The notes: generated by a model not told the origin, from the letters alone. Shown: positions 13,531-28,343, counted from the first letter of the stretch. The stretch is DNA of 64,000 bases from Paraspadella gotoi (GCA_051294375.1 CM119269.1:17656265-17720264), one strand, 5' to 3'. Made by a program: numbers and translations.

Positions 13531-14841
13531 AAGAGAAGAGAGAAGAGGAGAGAGAGAGAGAGGAGAGAGAAAGTCTTTTTTGAAAACAAAGCATTTGATT
13601 ATTTCTAATTCCTGAAGAAATGGCAATCTGCCGAATTTCTCTTTCCTCTCTCTCTCTCGTCTCTCTCTCTCTCTCGTCTCCTCCATCGTCTCTCTTCTCT
13701 CTCCCTCTTCTTCTCTCTTCGTCCGTTCTGCTCTCTCTGCTCTCTCTGCTGCTCACATTAAAATTTAAAAAAGGTTTAGCGAAAGACGCATTTTTGGGAT
13801 CCGATTGTGGTTTTACAAATCTAATCTGAAAATGTGTTAAACAATTTTTTTTTAATTGTTCCTTTCCATCTTTATTCATGTTTGGTTTTTAAATGCCGCT
13901 TAAAATTGAAAATCGAATTCATTTCGAGGTGAATAACATTCGCTCTTAGATTAAAGATTGTCAGTTTCTTAACTAATTTTTTTAAAATTCAGTAATTTGC
14001 AATTAAGTACCTTGCTTTAATAAAAATATTTTCGTGGTCTCACAAGCGAGATAACTAATTTGACTATATAACCCAACCATCCGTCCTTCTTTCAGCTCCA
14101 ACAAGAGGCCAGCAGAATTCTTCAGAACCACAAGAAGACTTATCTAAAGATGGGATCGGTAGTGAAAGAGTAGAATGAAAATTAGTGAGGAGTGAATGAA
14201 TAAATCAACGAATCAATCGATCAATAGGTCAATTAAACAATCAGTTAATCAACCAATTAGTTTGTCAAACAATCAATCCCAGATGAAATCTAACAAAAAC
14301 GAGGACGACGACGACGACGTCTTCCCTTCGATCGATTCATCTTCTTCTTCTGACTCGATCTTCTTCCCTTTTCGATCCTTGACACTCATTAGAGATTTGA
14401 CCGTGACAGCCGCCAGGCCGCCTGGCCGTCGGGGCCGCCGCGGCGCGGAGCCTAAAACCTGGTCGGTCCGGGGCCCCGGTTTTAACGGGTCGAGCGAGCC
14501 AACGAGGCTTCGGGCGAGGCCCCGATCGAGCGGTCCAACGCCAAATTCTTGGATGAGAAAACTGGCGCCAAACTCTTCGACTTCGTCTGTTCACTAGAGG
14601 CGCTGTGGCAAAGGTTACGGGTTCGAATCGCTTCGTTGGTGGTTTTTTAAGAAATTTTTCGGTTCAGTATGATTTTTTTCAGATATCACAGAAATTTTTT
14701 TTAAAAATGTGAATTTTTTCTTATTTTTATTTCCAACAAATACTATTGAAGAGTTCTTTTTAATCTTTATTGTGTTTAATTTTTAATTTTTAAAGTTCAA
14801 TGTTTATTTTCGAATGTAATTTGTGCGATACTCGTTGAAAG

Positions 14842-14908
<67 letters not shown>

Positions 14909-15033
14909 AACCGCGACTTGTACCCAGACCCAACAACATCGATCATAGTAATTGGGATAACAACAACAAGAAAGGAATTTGACTTGCGTCAACAGAAGAG
15001 AGGAGAGAGAAGGAGAGGAGGAAGGAGAGATCG

Positions 15034-15066
<33 letters not shown>

Positions 15067-15145
15067 TGAGAGTTGATCCGACATCTGGCTTTTACGTTAA
15101 CGGATGACGCGGATGACTCGCCAGACGCGATGAGAGGAGAGAGAG

Positions 15146-15193
<48 letters not shown>

Positions 15194-15491
15194 AAGAGAC
15201 GTGCGAGAGAGAGATTTCGAGTGACTCGGACTCAATCGTTCGTTATAACTCAGGACGTCTCTCTGGTCGTTGTTGTTGTTGTTGTTGTTGTTATTTTTCA
15301 TCGATCGGAACTAGTTGTTGTTGTTGTTGTCGATGACGTTAATGTAAAAGCTGCTATTTTCATCATAGGCCACCTTGGAGTTCTAATTGTTGTTCTCTTG
15401 TTGTTGTTGTTGGTGATTTTTATTCCTTCTGGTTCCCTGAAAGGCCGTTACGTGCGCCAAAGACTTAATTATTTCGGCTTTCTCCTTATCG

Positions 15492-15538
<47 letters not shown>

Positions 15539-17599
15539 TGATTAAAACCGTTAATCAGAAGTCGAAAGCGAAAAGTGAGAAAATTGCAATTACCTCCTTT
15601 TTATTCTATTTGATTTTCTTATATCTTTCTTTCTTTTTTGTCTGGTTTGCTCGCTTTCTTTCTTTTTCTTTCTTTCTATCGTTCTTTCCCTATATCTTTT
15701 TTTCTTTCTTTCTTTCTTTTTTTTTTCTATCTTTATATCGTTCTTTCCTTATATCTTTATATCTTTCGTTCTTTCTTTCTTTATTTCTTTCTTTCTTTTT
15801 TTTTTCTAGTCCTCTAGTTATAGGACCTATAATAGGTTCGTTTTTTTTTCTTTTTTCATTTCTCTTTAATTCGCTCCACAGTCTCCTCTTAAGTCTCTAC
15901 TCTTCGGCACCTTCCACAGTGGTAGTGGTGACTTCCCCCAAGCCGTCGATCCAAACCCTCGCGTTGGCCAGTTTTCAGAATTCGGAGACAAATAATATTT
16001 TTGGCCCAAAATGATTATTTTCGGTTTTTTTTTAGTTTTCCTTTTTCGTTTTGAGGCGAAATCGTGAGAAAAATCTCCAAAGAGAAAAAAAGTCTAATTC
16101 GCGACCAAATTTTTTGGTTTGTTTTGGTTTTTTTGTTTTTTTTTCGCTTCCGGCGCCAGGATACTTCAAAATTAAAATATTATTATAACTATTTAACTAA
16201 AAAAAAGCTGTTATTTGGTGATAGGTAAGTTTTTTTTTGGGTTAAGCTTTGGTCTTGGATTCGCGACAGATTTTGACTCATAAGTTTGTTTTGAAAGGTT
16301 AAGTTAAGTTAGGCTACTTTTGAAAAATAATTTGCGTTACTTATCTGTATATCATAAATACAACGATTTTTTTTATAAATAACCTAAAAAGTTTTTAAGT
16401 ACGTGAGATTTGTTTTCAGTTTAAATTTTTTTTTCGTTTTTAAAATTTGTGGATACACTGGCTGGGTTTTTGACGATTTCCAGAAAACTTTATGACAAAG
16501 TAGTTCATCACGATTTAAGTTTTATTCATCAAGAACAAAATAATCAAATAACTAAATTTAGACTTTTTCACTTTGAACCAGCAACTGATTGACCGATTAG
16601 TAAATCGTGTCGTATACAGATTGATTTATTAACACAAATATATTTAGGATTCAACGTTAAGTGATAAATAAATCACAAACATAATCCCCTCAAAGGTGAT
16701 GCTCGTCCCCAAAAATATTGGCATTAAAAATCTCATATTCTCATATCTGTGCCCATATTTTTGTTCTCTTTCATAAAGAGATCGCTCCACCTCCGCATAT
16801 TTTTATTTTCGAGTTCGAAACAAAATGACAAATCGGTTGTTTTCGTCATCTTCCGAAACGGGGCGCCTGTTTTTATTTTCAAAAACTGTTCTCCCTTTTT
16901 CGTTTTTACCCTTTTTTTTTCTCCTTCAAAACTTTAATGACGCATTAATCAAAACATTTTTCTCGCGCGCTTTTTTTGAGTCGGCGTTTTCTTTGAACTT
17001 CCCTCTCATCTTTCCTCCCCCTTTTTTTTTTAATTCAAACTTCACTTTGTCGTTTTGTCAGTTTTAATTTTTCATTTATACTTTATCATTTCTGTCGCCT
17101 CTTGGAATTCTCTTTGTACCATGAATCCTTTTTTTCGTTTATTGAGATGTTTGTGACTTAAGTCTTAACAATATTATTTAAGTACACTCTCACTTATCTA
17201 GATATATGATTTTAAAAAAAATTAATAACATGTTTTATCTATTATTTAATACTTCTTGTTTTTCTACGACGAATTTCTGATAAGATTCCGCCTTTTTTTA
17301 CATGCATTATCTCCTACATCATTTTGACTTCAGCTGCCGACAGTTTTAAGCAAACTTGTTTCTTCGGGAAAAAAGTCTCCGTTGAAGATTTCACGATTAT
17401 AAAATCACGCCGTCGTTCCTTCGAGTAATTCATTTCACTTATTCACAAATTCACAGATCCTTTTACAATCGCGACTTCAAAGGCGAACTCGCTCTCAAAT
17501 TTACAGCCTCGATTCGATTCGATTAAATGCGATAAATTCTTTCTCTCTCTCTCTCTCTCTTTTTCTCCTCTCTCTTTCTCTCTCTCTCTCTTCTCCTCT

Positions 17600-17673
<74 letters not shown>

Positions 17674-18695
17674 GTTAATTTGAGCCGGGGTTCGGTAGCA
17701 AGGTAGTAGCTGGTTAGGAAGGAATCATGTTGTCGAATTTTCGCGTTACAGTAGTACTGCATCAACATCAAAAAGAACACAACCGATGTTCCAATTTTGT
17801 TCGCACGTAATGCAGTTCACACTGCATTACACAAAATGCAGTCAGGATTCTCCTCTTCCTCTTCCTCCCTTTCCGAATCTCGATCTTCGATGTAGCGATT
17901 TTCTTCACATCGAAGAAAAGTGTTGCTTCTCCCGGCGGGCGAGAATTTCGGGCGAGAAATTCGGGCGAGCCTTCTCGCGCCCGCCAAGGCCACGCGGCCG
18001 AGCGGGCTCCGCGCCCCAGACGGGCCCGCTCGGCCCCCAATAGCCCTTTGTTTCTTCGACTCTCCCTTCTCTCCCCTTCTTGCTTCCGGTGGAGGCGCCT
18101 CTACAACTCTCTCTCCACCTTCGGACCTCCGAACGAAGTTTTCTTCTCTCCTCCTTTCTCCAACTATCCCCTGCCACCATGAAGACGTGCTTCCGCGTCG
18201 TTTTTTTCGTCTCGAGTTCGCTTGCGTTGTTTTCCTGTTTCTTTGTAAATTCAAATTAAGCCAATTTTAGTTTTATAATTTGCCTCTTTTTCTCCAAATT
18301 CTGCCCCATTATGCTGTTGCATAACATATTTCTCTCCAACACTTATTCACTGTTCTATTAAAAACAGTGAGTGAACCGAGGGCAGTGAAACTCTATCTGT
18401 ATGTGAACATTGTCAGTGACTCGCGTGTCTTCACTTCCTCTTGATATTCTTCCCGTAGAATAAATTCACTCATCCACTCTTCATTCTCCCTTGCCTCCGG
18501 CACTCCGCATCTCGACACACCTTCTCTTTCGATCCCTTCATTCACTCCTCTTCTTCACTCCTCTCCTTCACTCCTTCACTCCTCTCCTTCACTCCTATCC
18601 TCCACTCCTTTACCCCATTCCTCTCATCGGAGAAGCTTCTAGTCCAGAGATTTTATCGCAATGTAGCCTCCCGCCGCTTCTGGGGGATTCTTGCT

Positions 18696-18699
18696 AAAG

Positions 18700-18790
<91 letters not shown>

Positions 18791-18795
18791 AGACA
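18696..18795. repeat. (GAAA)n tetranucleotide microsatellite (mirror at 7450-7570)
   Basis: Direct reading. Confidence 0.95.
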
Positions 18796-20495
18796 AAAAG
18801 AAAGAAGAAAAGAAGAAAAAAATGAATTTTCATTAACTGAGAGAAAAATTTACGCAAGATTGAATTTTTTTTTTAAATTCCGATAGGCGATAACTTTGAC
18901 AAAGAAACGAAAATATATCTTAACCTCCAAGTAATTAGAATTTATTCTTTGTAGCAGTACAAGCAACGATGATAACAACGAAGACAAACGACGACGACAA
19001 CAACGACATCGACGATCAAGTTCACCTGACCTGACCTCGGGTCAGGTTTTACCTCACTCTCAATACATTTGTATTGTTATTGTTTTTTATATATTTTTTG
19101 CTTTTACTATTGTTATTGACTTTTCTTTAGGATTATAAACAGGTTAGAATCGGGTTAGAATCGGGTTAGCATCCTGTCGGAATCGCGCACGAACCTCTTT
19201 ACAATCGCCCTAAATCCTCTGTGGGGAAAGAAAAACGAAACAAATTGGTTTCTCCATTCGAAGCCTCGTTTTCATCTCAGTCTTCGCCTTCGTCCTTCGT
19301 CTTCGCCCTTGTCTTCTTCTTCGTCTTCGTCTTTGTTTTCGTCTTCGCCCTCGTATTCTTCTTCGTCTTCGCCTTGGCCCTCGTCTTCCTCTTTGTTTTC
19401 GTCCTTGTCTTCGTCTCTGCCTTCTTCGTCTTTGTTTTCGTCTTCTCCTGTGGCTCGCGTAGGGACTCTTTTCGGATTTCATTACGGTTTTTCTTATTTC
19501 GTTAAAAATATCGTTTATTTCCTATTATTTTTCTTTTCATTTTTATTTTTCATATTTTCTGCGCATTTCCAATTCAAGATTTTTCTTTAATATTTTGTTT
19601 TAATTTCGGCCAATTTACTTTTTCATCTTTGGGTCCTGGCCGAAGACCATGAGTTGTACAAATTCTCTGGTTCAAATCGAATCAACTCGTTTGGCGAAGG
19701 CTCCTCCTCATCAGGGAGAAATTAGTTGAGCCGGAAACGAGAGAATTAAATGATGTAGCGAGAGAAAAACTGGAAAATCTGGAAAGGCGAGAAAAACTAA
19801 CTAATACAAAACAAATTTTGATAATTGGAGATTGTGTGGACGAACATTCTAGAACATTCCACAATTGGATTTTTCGTGAAACTTTTTTTTTCTCGGGATA
19901 TTGTCTTGGCAAAAGAAAAACTAAATTCACGAGCAGGATTCGAACGCTGGTCTTGCCAATAATATTTATAAAAAGAAGGAAAGTACGATGCGTGGCGGAC
20001 TTTGCCTTTTGAATTTTAGCTACTACCCTTTAGGAGAAGTTTGGGGCTCAATTATTTAAAAACGATGAGAATTGAGAGTTTGAATGAATGATAAAGAGAT
20101 AAAAAAAAGTCTCGTTCATATTAAAAATGGGAGGGGACAAGAACGACAACGACAACAACAACGACAACGAAAACAACAAAAATTTCTCAGTCGGAGTCGC
20201 GACCTTTGACCCGCAAAAGACTTCAGCCTTATCTCAACCCTTCTATCTCCCCATCGACAGAGAGAGAGAGAGAGAATAAGAGTGAAATATAGAGATAGAG
20301 ACAGCGTGAAGAGAAAGAGAGCGGCATTCCCATGGCAAATGACTGAATATTCGATTTCCCTTAGGCGATCCGGAGGACATTATTGCGGTACAAGGTCGGT
20401 AGATTGAGTGAGGGGGGGGGCTGGGGGAAGGCGGCGGTGATAATAGTGACACGGTTTTAGTCACCCAGGAATAATAATTTTAGTTGTCGTCGTCG

Positions 20496-20527
<32 letters not shown>

Positions 20528-20640
20528 GTCATCTGTCGTCTGTCGTCATTTAGTGCATTTACCTTAATCGTGGTTGACGTCGCCCGAATAGGAAATTTCG
20601 TCGCATGATCATTTTTCAGCCCCCTCCGCCGTTGTCATTG

Positions 20641-20664
20641 CTCCTCTCTCTCTGCGTCTCTCTC

Positions 20665-20734
<70 letters not shown>

Positions 20735-20878
20735 CTCTCTCTCTCCTCTTCATTCTTCATTGGGTTCAATCCGCCCAATGAACCGGTATTTAAGTGGCGA
20801 GAGAGACGGAACGCTTCGCATGCTTTCTCATGCAGAATTCAGGGACTCGTCTTCTTCTCTCTTCCTCTCTCCTCTCAG

Positions 20879-20910
<32 letters not shown>

Positions 20911-21060
20911 TTCTCTCTCTCTCTCTCTCTCTCCATCTCTCTCTCTTCTCTCTCTGTCTCTCCTCCCTTCTCTCTACCTCTCTCTCTCCTCTACTCTCTC
21001 TGCTCTCTCTCTTCTCTTCTCTGTCTCTCTCTTCTCTCTCTCTCTCTTCTCTCTCTCTCT
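20641..21060. repeat. Imperfect (TC)n microsatellite blocks; representative of dozens of (GA)n/(TC)n tracts in 1-55060
   Basis: Direct reading; similar tracts at 47-180, 4480-4570, 26541-26645, 28305-28387, 39660-39815, 41568-41665, 45739-45805. Confidence 0.95.
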
Positions 21061-22470
21061 CGTGGTCTCTGTCCCCCATTTTTGTTGATGTCATCTTTCT
21101 CGTCTGCTGCCGATCTAGTCATATCCGTTTGGAACCGAACCCTGCGCCGCCGCCCCCTCTCCGCCCCCCTTGCCCTCTTGCCAGAGCAGAGACCGATCCC
21201 GACATTTTTCCACGTGTGATTCCCTTCCAAATAAAGAGATGGGGGTCGGAGAAATAAAATAGTCCGGATGTCCCTTTGAAATAAATAATATTATGTTAAT
21301 TAATAAAAAAAAAAGTAACGTTCTCTCAAAATAGTCGAAGGTAGAATGTGTATTTTTTCTCTCGATTCGTATTATTTTCATTTTAATATACAAAATCTGA
21401 GCGTTTTAAGAAAATTTAAATCATTATCAAAGAATTTCAGGTCGAACGATTTTGTTCCACAACAAACTACGTAGATTTGAAACAATGAACGTTTTAAAAT
21501 TACTATCTATCAACTTAGTAATGGGTACTCTCCCGTGCGTCCTATCAGCGACAACCACTTTACTACGTTCAGCTCCGTCTTCTCGGCACCGCGTCTCTAA
21601 ATCCCTACACGCCGAATCTTAGCACTGGTTCGCTTAATCAGCGTCCCGACACTAAGCGTCCGCCACGCCCAGTGCTATGCCAGCGGCGCTGCATCGTGCC
21701 GTCTTATTATACACTATCAATACTCAATAGTTTAATAATCTTTTAGTTTTAATGTACATATTTTTATCTCTATCTGTTTAGTTTCACTTTTTGCTTTATG
21801 CTGATTTTGTTTGCGCTTTTTCTGCCATTCAATCCTGAGCATGCGCTTTCTCTTTGTTTACAAAATCGTTTGTTTTGCTTTCGTTTTGTTTTTGCTTCTC
21901 GATCTGCGAATCTGGAATCGAGAAACGAGAATCACGGTTTGAATTCTAGTGACTCAATTCACTCCTTTCAACTTCTTTCACAATTCGTTCACACCATTCA
22001 GAATTGGTTAACTACATTCACGTTTCTTTCTCTCGTTTAACAATAGATTTCGCCTTTCCATTTTTTTTTTCGTTCGAGGAGTAAAGGTACAATAGGGTAG
22101 CGGGGTGCCGCGGTGGATCAGAGGTAAGTCTCGAGGGTAAGGCAAAGGAAAATGAGCCAAAGTTGGTATGAGGAAGAGGACGAATGGAAGTTGGATTCGT
22201 GAAAATAGTTGAGGTGAAAGAAGAGCGAGTATTAGTGTGAGTGAGAATAGACAAGGATTGAAAAGTGAGAATATGAAATAACGATGAAGATCGGAAATGG
22301 ATTCAGTCAAAGGGTAGGGAAATAGTGAAGAAAAAAAATGGGGATTTAATTGTATTAAAAAGTAAACAATAACCATGACTAAGTCTTGTAGGTTCGGTTA
22401 AGGCGACGCAATCCAAGTCTTGATTCATACAAAACTTTTGGTTATCGAAATTTTTTATATGTTTTTTTTT

Positions 22471-22688
22471 NNNNNNNNNNNNNNNNNNNNNNNNNNNNNN
22501 NNNNNNNNNNNNNNNNNNNNNNNNNNNNNNNNNNNNNNNNNNNNNNNNNNNNNNNNNNNNNNNNNNNNNNNNNNNNNNNNNNNNNNNNNNNNNNNNNNNN
22601 NNNNNNNNNNNNNNNNNNNNNNNNNNNNNNNNNNNNNNNNNNNNNNNNNNNNNNNNNNNNNNNNNNNNNNNNNNNNNNNNNNNNNNNN
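22471..22688. other. Assembly gap, 218 N
   Basis: Run of N flanked by poly-T and poly-A. Confidence 0.99.
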
Positions 22689-22772
22689 AAAAAAATCTAT
22701 GTTCGTTCACAAAGGATCACGTGACGGAATAATTAGCCTCTAATCACCTGACCTTTCGAAATCACGGTTCGC

Positions 22773-22827
22773 AAATTTTCTCGGGTCGAAAATTTTCTCG
22801 GATCAAAAATTTTCTCGGATCGAAAAT
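22773..22827. repeat. Three tandem ~17-18 bp units AAATTTTCTCGG(G/A)TC(G/A)A
   Basis: Direct reading. Confidence 0.85.
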
Positions 22828-25800
22828 GAGTCAAAAAAAAAAAAAAAAATAAAGAAAATTTAAAAATGAAAATAAGGAGAAATAAAAAAAATGTCAAAGA
22901 ATTTTTTTTACTAAATTATTTGAAAAAAAAAATTAAAACTTGTCCCTATTTCAAAAACTTGCGAAGGGAAAAAGAATTAAGATAAACTTATTTGTAGGTG
23001 GAAACAATAATTCGAACGATAAAAAGAAGAAGTGAGGAAAAGATAAAAATATGGAAATCTGAAAGAAAGAAAATGTAAACAATAAAACGATTTTTTTTCG
23101 GCCACTGAATACTGGGAGCCTGAACTCTGCGGGGTAAGAATAAAGTGACCAGGCGGACCCCACCCCTACTGCACTCCCCCCCCACTGTTGACCGAACTGA
23201 CCTCTTCTACCGCCCCGACCCTAGCTTTCACCACGTTTTGTTCGGGAGTGTCCTCTTCCACCCCTGACTCTCTACCTCCCCCCCCTCTCTCCCCCTATTA
23301 CTCCTTTCGAAAATAAAACTGGTACAGCGATGTTGATTCGAACCAACAAAACAATCGGGGTACCAGTTTTGAGGTCAGACGGACGACGGACGACGACGAC
23401 GACGACGAACTACGACGACGACGACAAAAATCGACACCGAAAATAATTTGAAGCAAGTAAAAAAAAAAAGAGAAAAAAAAAGGAAAGAAAAACAAAAGCT
23501 GAGGGACAAACACTTTGTAGGAACTGGGTAGCGAAATGGAAATACAATAGACTGGGAATAGAACCGCTTACTTCCTTTGTAAGTTTCCTCCTCCTTCCCC
23601 TTATCGCTCCTCGTTCTTATCCTATCAGTCGCGTTTCCTTCCTCCTCCTCTTCATCCTCCTCCTCCTCTTTCTGCTCCCCCTCCTCCTCCAAGTTTTCTC
23701 CTCTTTGTGAAAAAAAAAAAGATTTCTGCAATTCTGCTTTCCCTAATCTCGGTGAACGAATGGTTTTGGTTGCTCGTTCTCTTTCTTTCTTTTTTCTTTC
23801 TTTCTGATTGTACTACTCTCTTTCTTTAATTTTCATTGTTTTTGGTTTCTTTTCTTTCTTTTTTTTCCTTTCTTTATTTTCTATCTTTACAATCTATTCT
23901 TTCTTTTCTTTCCCTTTTTTCCTTCTCTTTTTTTCTCACTTTCATTTTTTTCTTTATTTTCTATCTTTTACTTTCTTTTCTTTTCTTTCTTTTTTTCCTT
24001 TCTTTCCATTTTGTTCCTTTTCTTATTTCTTTTGACTTCTTTACAATAACATCCCGTCCCATTTCTCGCCTTCGCTTCAAACTCCAAATAAAATATTCAA
24101 ATCTGTTAACTTCTTCGTCGTTTATTTTATTTTTCTTCTTCGAACACCATAAAAAAGACAAGAAGAGTAAACAAAGGCAAACAAGACGACGACGACGACG
24201 ACGACGGCTCTTCCTCCGAAAATCCCTCTCTCGACGAAACGTCGCCAACTTTTTTTCGAGAAAACAATTTCCCCCCCTTTATGCGCCCCCCTCTCCTTTT
24301 ATTTTCGTCTCAACTTCCTTTTTCCTTTTTTTTTCTCTGACCCTGTGGCCTTTTTTAAAGTTTTTAAGCTTCGAGTCAAACTGAGTTTGTGAAAAACTTG
24401 TCGACGATTTTATCGTGATTTACTCTTCCTGGCCTTCGTTTTGTTTAAACTTTTATTTCAGCGAATTAAAAGCTAAATTAAGTTTGTTTCTTACTACGAT
24501 TTTTTTGATTTTTAAATTCTAACATGGATATTTATATCGACGCCGACTCGGTTAAAAATCTTCTTTTAAAATTAAACAATTTTTTTCCTTTTTTTTCTTG
24601 CGTAACCTCTCACTACGTTTTTATTAAAAATTCTATTAAAATCCGATTCCGGATTTAAATCGTACATAATCGAAACTTTTTCCCTTTCGATTTCTTCTTA
24701 CACCGAATCGTCTCTTCGATTGGACGCTAACGACGACTTGCTTTATTTTTCTTGGAAAAAAATTTTTCGTCGACACTCAATTTTTCTCCCGAAGTGGTAG
24801 AATTCTTACTCATTTTTTTTTTCCAATTGCGTCATTTAAAAAAAAAAGCACAAAATTAAATAAAACAAATATCAAATAGAAAACTGGTTCGCTGTTGTTG
24901 TTGTCGCTTTTTTTTTCTGTTGGTCGGGCTCCTCGGCACACGCGGCTGCACGCGCGGTTGCACGCTACGTTGCAATGCGAAGGTTAGCGTCGGAGCATCG
25001 AAGCGCCGCTCGATGAGTCATCCGCGTATCGACGAATCCGTGCGCGACTTTGGAGTGGGGGGGAAGGGGAGGTGAAAGAAAGGGGAGTGGAAGGAGGGTA
25101 AATTCGAATCGTGGAAAGTCGAAGGGAAATCGAAAGGAAGGGCTGAGTCAGAGACGGAGAAAGACGGATGATGGAGGACGACAGAAGGACGCGGAGGAGG
25201 AAGTGGAAAAGGAAGGAGGAAGGAGGAAAAAAAGGGGGAAAGGGGGAAATATTAAGAATGGAGGAAGTTAGGGATGAAATATAATTCCAGGGTAAACATG
25301 GGAAGGAAGCGGGATAATAAGAATAATGGATTGGGAAGGAAAAGAGAAGACGAGGAATTAAAGAAAAGTTAAGTACGAGAAGGAAAAACAGATTGGAAAG
25401 ATAAAAGGAAGAGATGAAAGACGAAAGAAGAGGAAGTAAAAGGAAAGATAAAGGAAAGCACGAATGTAACGGAAGAAGACTACAACGGATAAAGAGAAGG
25501 ATCTGGGAAGACTAAGGAAGGGATCAAAGGAAGACTAAGGAAAGACTGAGAAAGGATTAAAAAAAAAAATAACTGGAAGAGGTTGTGAAGATCGCGGGGT
25601 CAGACTCAAGTCGGTCGTCGACTCTTCAGAAGAGCGGGCGGGAGATAGAGAGAGATAGAGATAGAGTCAAAGAAAAAAATGTGGAGAAGTACGGAAAGTA
25701 ACAAAACAAAACAGATTAAGAGATTTTGTTTAGCTTTGTTATTTAACCTGAAGTCGTGAGATGAAAGAAATAATAACAATTGAAAAAAGAAAACAATGGA

Positions 25801-26588
25801 GCGAAAAAAACAAAGCAAAAAGGAAAGGAATGGATAATAAAGCAAAAAAAAAAACAAAACAAAAAACCCCAAAAAAAAACAACCTCATCGGAGACCAATT
25901 AACAAAAATTTCCCAATTTAAACTGAACGAAAGAAGTACGTTTTTCAACGGAAAGAACAACGAACCGAAACGATCAATAATAATTAAACAAGTTCGCCAA
26001 GAATCTGGAGATCGCGCTATCGATATACCGGACAAAGTTCAGCGGCTGCACGAGTTGGTTCCGCAAGAATATCCTTACACTTTTTCGTCACCAAAACGAT
26101 GACAACTTGTGATACGGACTATTTATTCGACTGCGATAACAGAGAAAAACCGATTTGCGCTGAAATTTCAAGTTGTTAAATTTTATTTCAGTAAATTACG
26201 TGATAAAAATGTCAAGAAAAATCTAAAAGATAACAAAAATTTGAAGTAGACGTTTTTTTTGAAAAGTTGAAAAAAAAAAAGTTATAACGACAACAATGAC
26301 AAGAAGGAAAGAGGGCAATCCAAGGAGTTGAAAATGCATCGAGGCAAACCTGCAATAGCGCACCAAAAGAACAAAAATTGTCAAGGCCTTTCGACGCCGT
26401 GACAAATAGAACGAGGCGCGTCAAAGCGTAACAAAGGAAAGAGCGTGTCAAGCCTTCGAGGTACATCGCTTGGAGACTCGTTCTGACTCCGATGCAACTG
26501 TGTTAGTCTGAACCCTTTCACGATTTTTTTTTAGGGGGGAGAGAAGAGAGAGAGAGAGAGAGAGAAGAGAGAGGAGAGAGAAGAGAGA

Positions 26589-26644
<56 letters not shown>

Positions 26645-26771
26645 ATTTAGCCATTTTTGGCGGCGTAAAAAATGAGAATAAATTGGATTAAAGCCTCTCG
26701 GGGAAAGGATTTACTGATCGAGGGGACGGCTTCTCTTCTTTTCTCAAAAACTGACGGGTTTTTCGAGACAG

Positions 26772-26845
26772 GATTTTTAGGATGCGGCGACGCATCCCTG
26801 CACGTCGGGACGCGGGTCGGTCGGTCGGTCAGTTTATCGGACGGT
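26772..26845 (+). mobile_element. Possible end of a non-autonomous Helentron/DINE-like element
   Basis: T-tract, then a perfect hairpin GGATGCG-GCGA-CGCATCC (26780-26797), then a (GGTC)n tetranucleotide. Confidence 0.3.
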
Positions 26846-26857
26846 CGATAAGATATA

Positions 26858-26860
26858 GTG

Positions 26861-26919
<59 letters not shown>

Positions 26920-27157
26920 CATTATTATTATTATCATTATTATTATTATCATTATTATTATTTTCATTATTATTATTTTCATTATCATTATTATTATTAT
27001 CATTATTATTATCATTATTATTATCATTATTATTATCATTATTATTATCATTATTATTATTTTCATTATTATTATCATTATTATTATTATTGTTATTATT
27101 ATAGTCATTATTATAATTATTATTATTATTATTAATATTATCATTATTATTATTATC
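26858..27157. repeat. Compound (TAT)n/(CAT) trinucleotide microsatellite, ~300 bp
   Basis: Direct reading; it produces the poly-I/Y/N ORFs in the track. Confidence 0.97.
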
Positions 27158-27698
27158 TAGTTTATTTATCAACATTGTTGCCGCATTTTCAATCTTCGAT
27201 GTCGTTCGTATGTCGTTATCGAATTCATCAAGTAATCATTCCTTCTCTTTCCACGTCCGTCGTCCCGATTGAAAAGCGTCCCTAATATTTCGTCTTTTGT
27301 CGAAAACTTCTTTTTAATTTTCGGTGTCACAGCGATGAGGTCGATCTTTGTCTTTTTAGCGACCTCTTTTTGGGTGTGGGGCCCTCTTGACGAGGTGGGA
27401 GTTTAAAGATCTTTAATCTTTGATTAATTTTATAATAAAAACGTACTAATAGTAATTCATCGAATTTTTATTAAACACTGGCCGGCTTCTTTGCCTTCTC
27501 ACGCTCGTTGAATCGCCCCCAAAAGAATTTGTTATAAAAATTCCCCGCGCGTCGACCTTGGAACTCTCCTGGTGTGGCACGCCCTGGCTCCGCCCCCGAG
27601 AACGACACCTTTACTACCGTCCCTCGTGTGGCATCCCGACGTCACTTTCTCTTTTAACGTCAATGCCTCTTGCGTCATTCCTGACCTTGAGAGAGAGC

Positions 27699-27729
<31 letters not shown>

Positions 27730-28299
27730 TCGAGAGCCTGACACGTTAACGGCATTCCTTTAAAAACACTCGTCGACGCCGGGGCCCCGCCCACCGTTCC
27801 GACCCCCGAATCCCGTCCGCGAAGCAATTACTTCGTCACGCGAAGAGATTTACGGCCTTTTTTTTAAATTTTTCTTTTCGGACTTTTTAATAATAAATTT
27901 TCTCAAATTGATTCAAACTCGGGAACGACTGTGGTGGTTTTTTTTTGTGTGTGTGAGTATGAGTGTGAGTGGGAAGGTAGGCAGGTGAATTGGAGGTGTG
28001 ACGGGCGAGAGTTTTTTTTTCTCCTTTTAATTCGTTTTATTAATATTTCACTGTCAGTTACTTTGATTTGTTTTTTCTTTCCGCTGAGGGATGGGAGAGG
28101 AAGAGGTAGGAAGAGGGGGGAGGCAATTGGGATTCGGGGAAAAGAAGAGGGATTGAGGGGAAGTGGGGGGGAAGATGGGGATTGAGGGAAGTGGGGGGAG
28201 GAAGGGGGAGAGGAAGGGAAATGCCCGAGAATCGCAGCGAAAGAATGTAAGCGAGATGGAGAGCCTAAGAGAGTCTGTGAGAAAACGAGATGCAGAGAC

Positions 28300-28343
<44 letters not shown>

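Larger units (their letters stand above)
5798..20530. repeat. Inverted repeat, arms ~5798-12905 and 13103-~20530
   Basis: ATTTATTACTCGTTTTC at 13103 mirrors GAAAACGAGTAATAAAT ending at 12905; TCACCCAGGAATAATAATTTTAGTTG(TCG)n at 20461 mirrors 5800-5865. ORF-track pairs match (5861+/20243-, 3253-/14196+). Confidence 0.95.

Noticed and set aside
21520-21720. Compositionally odd, homopolymer-free stretch
   Set aside because: No ORF, structure or repeat recognised; may be low-quality read sequence.
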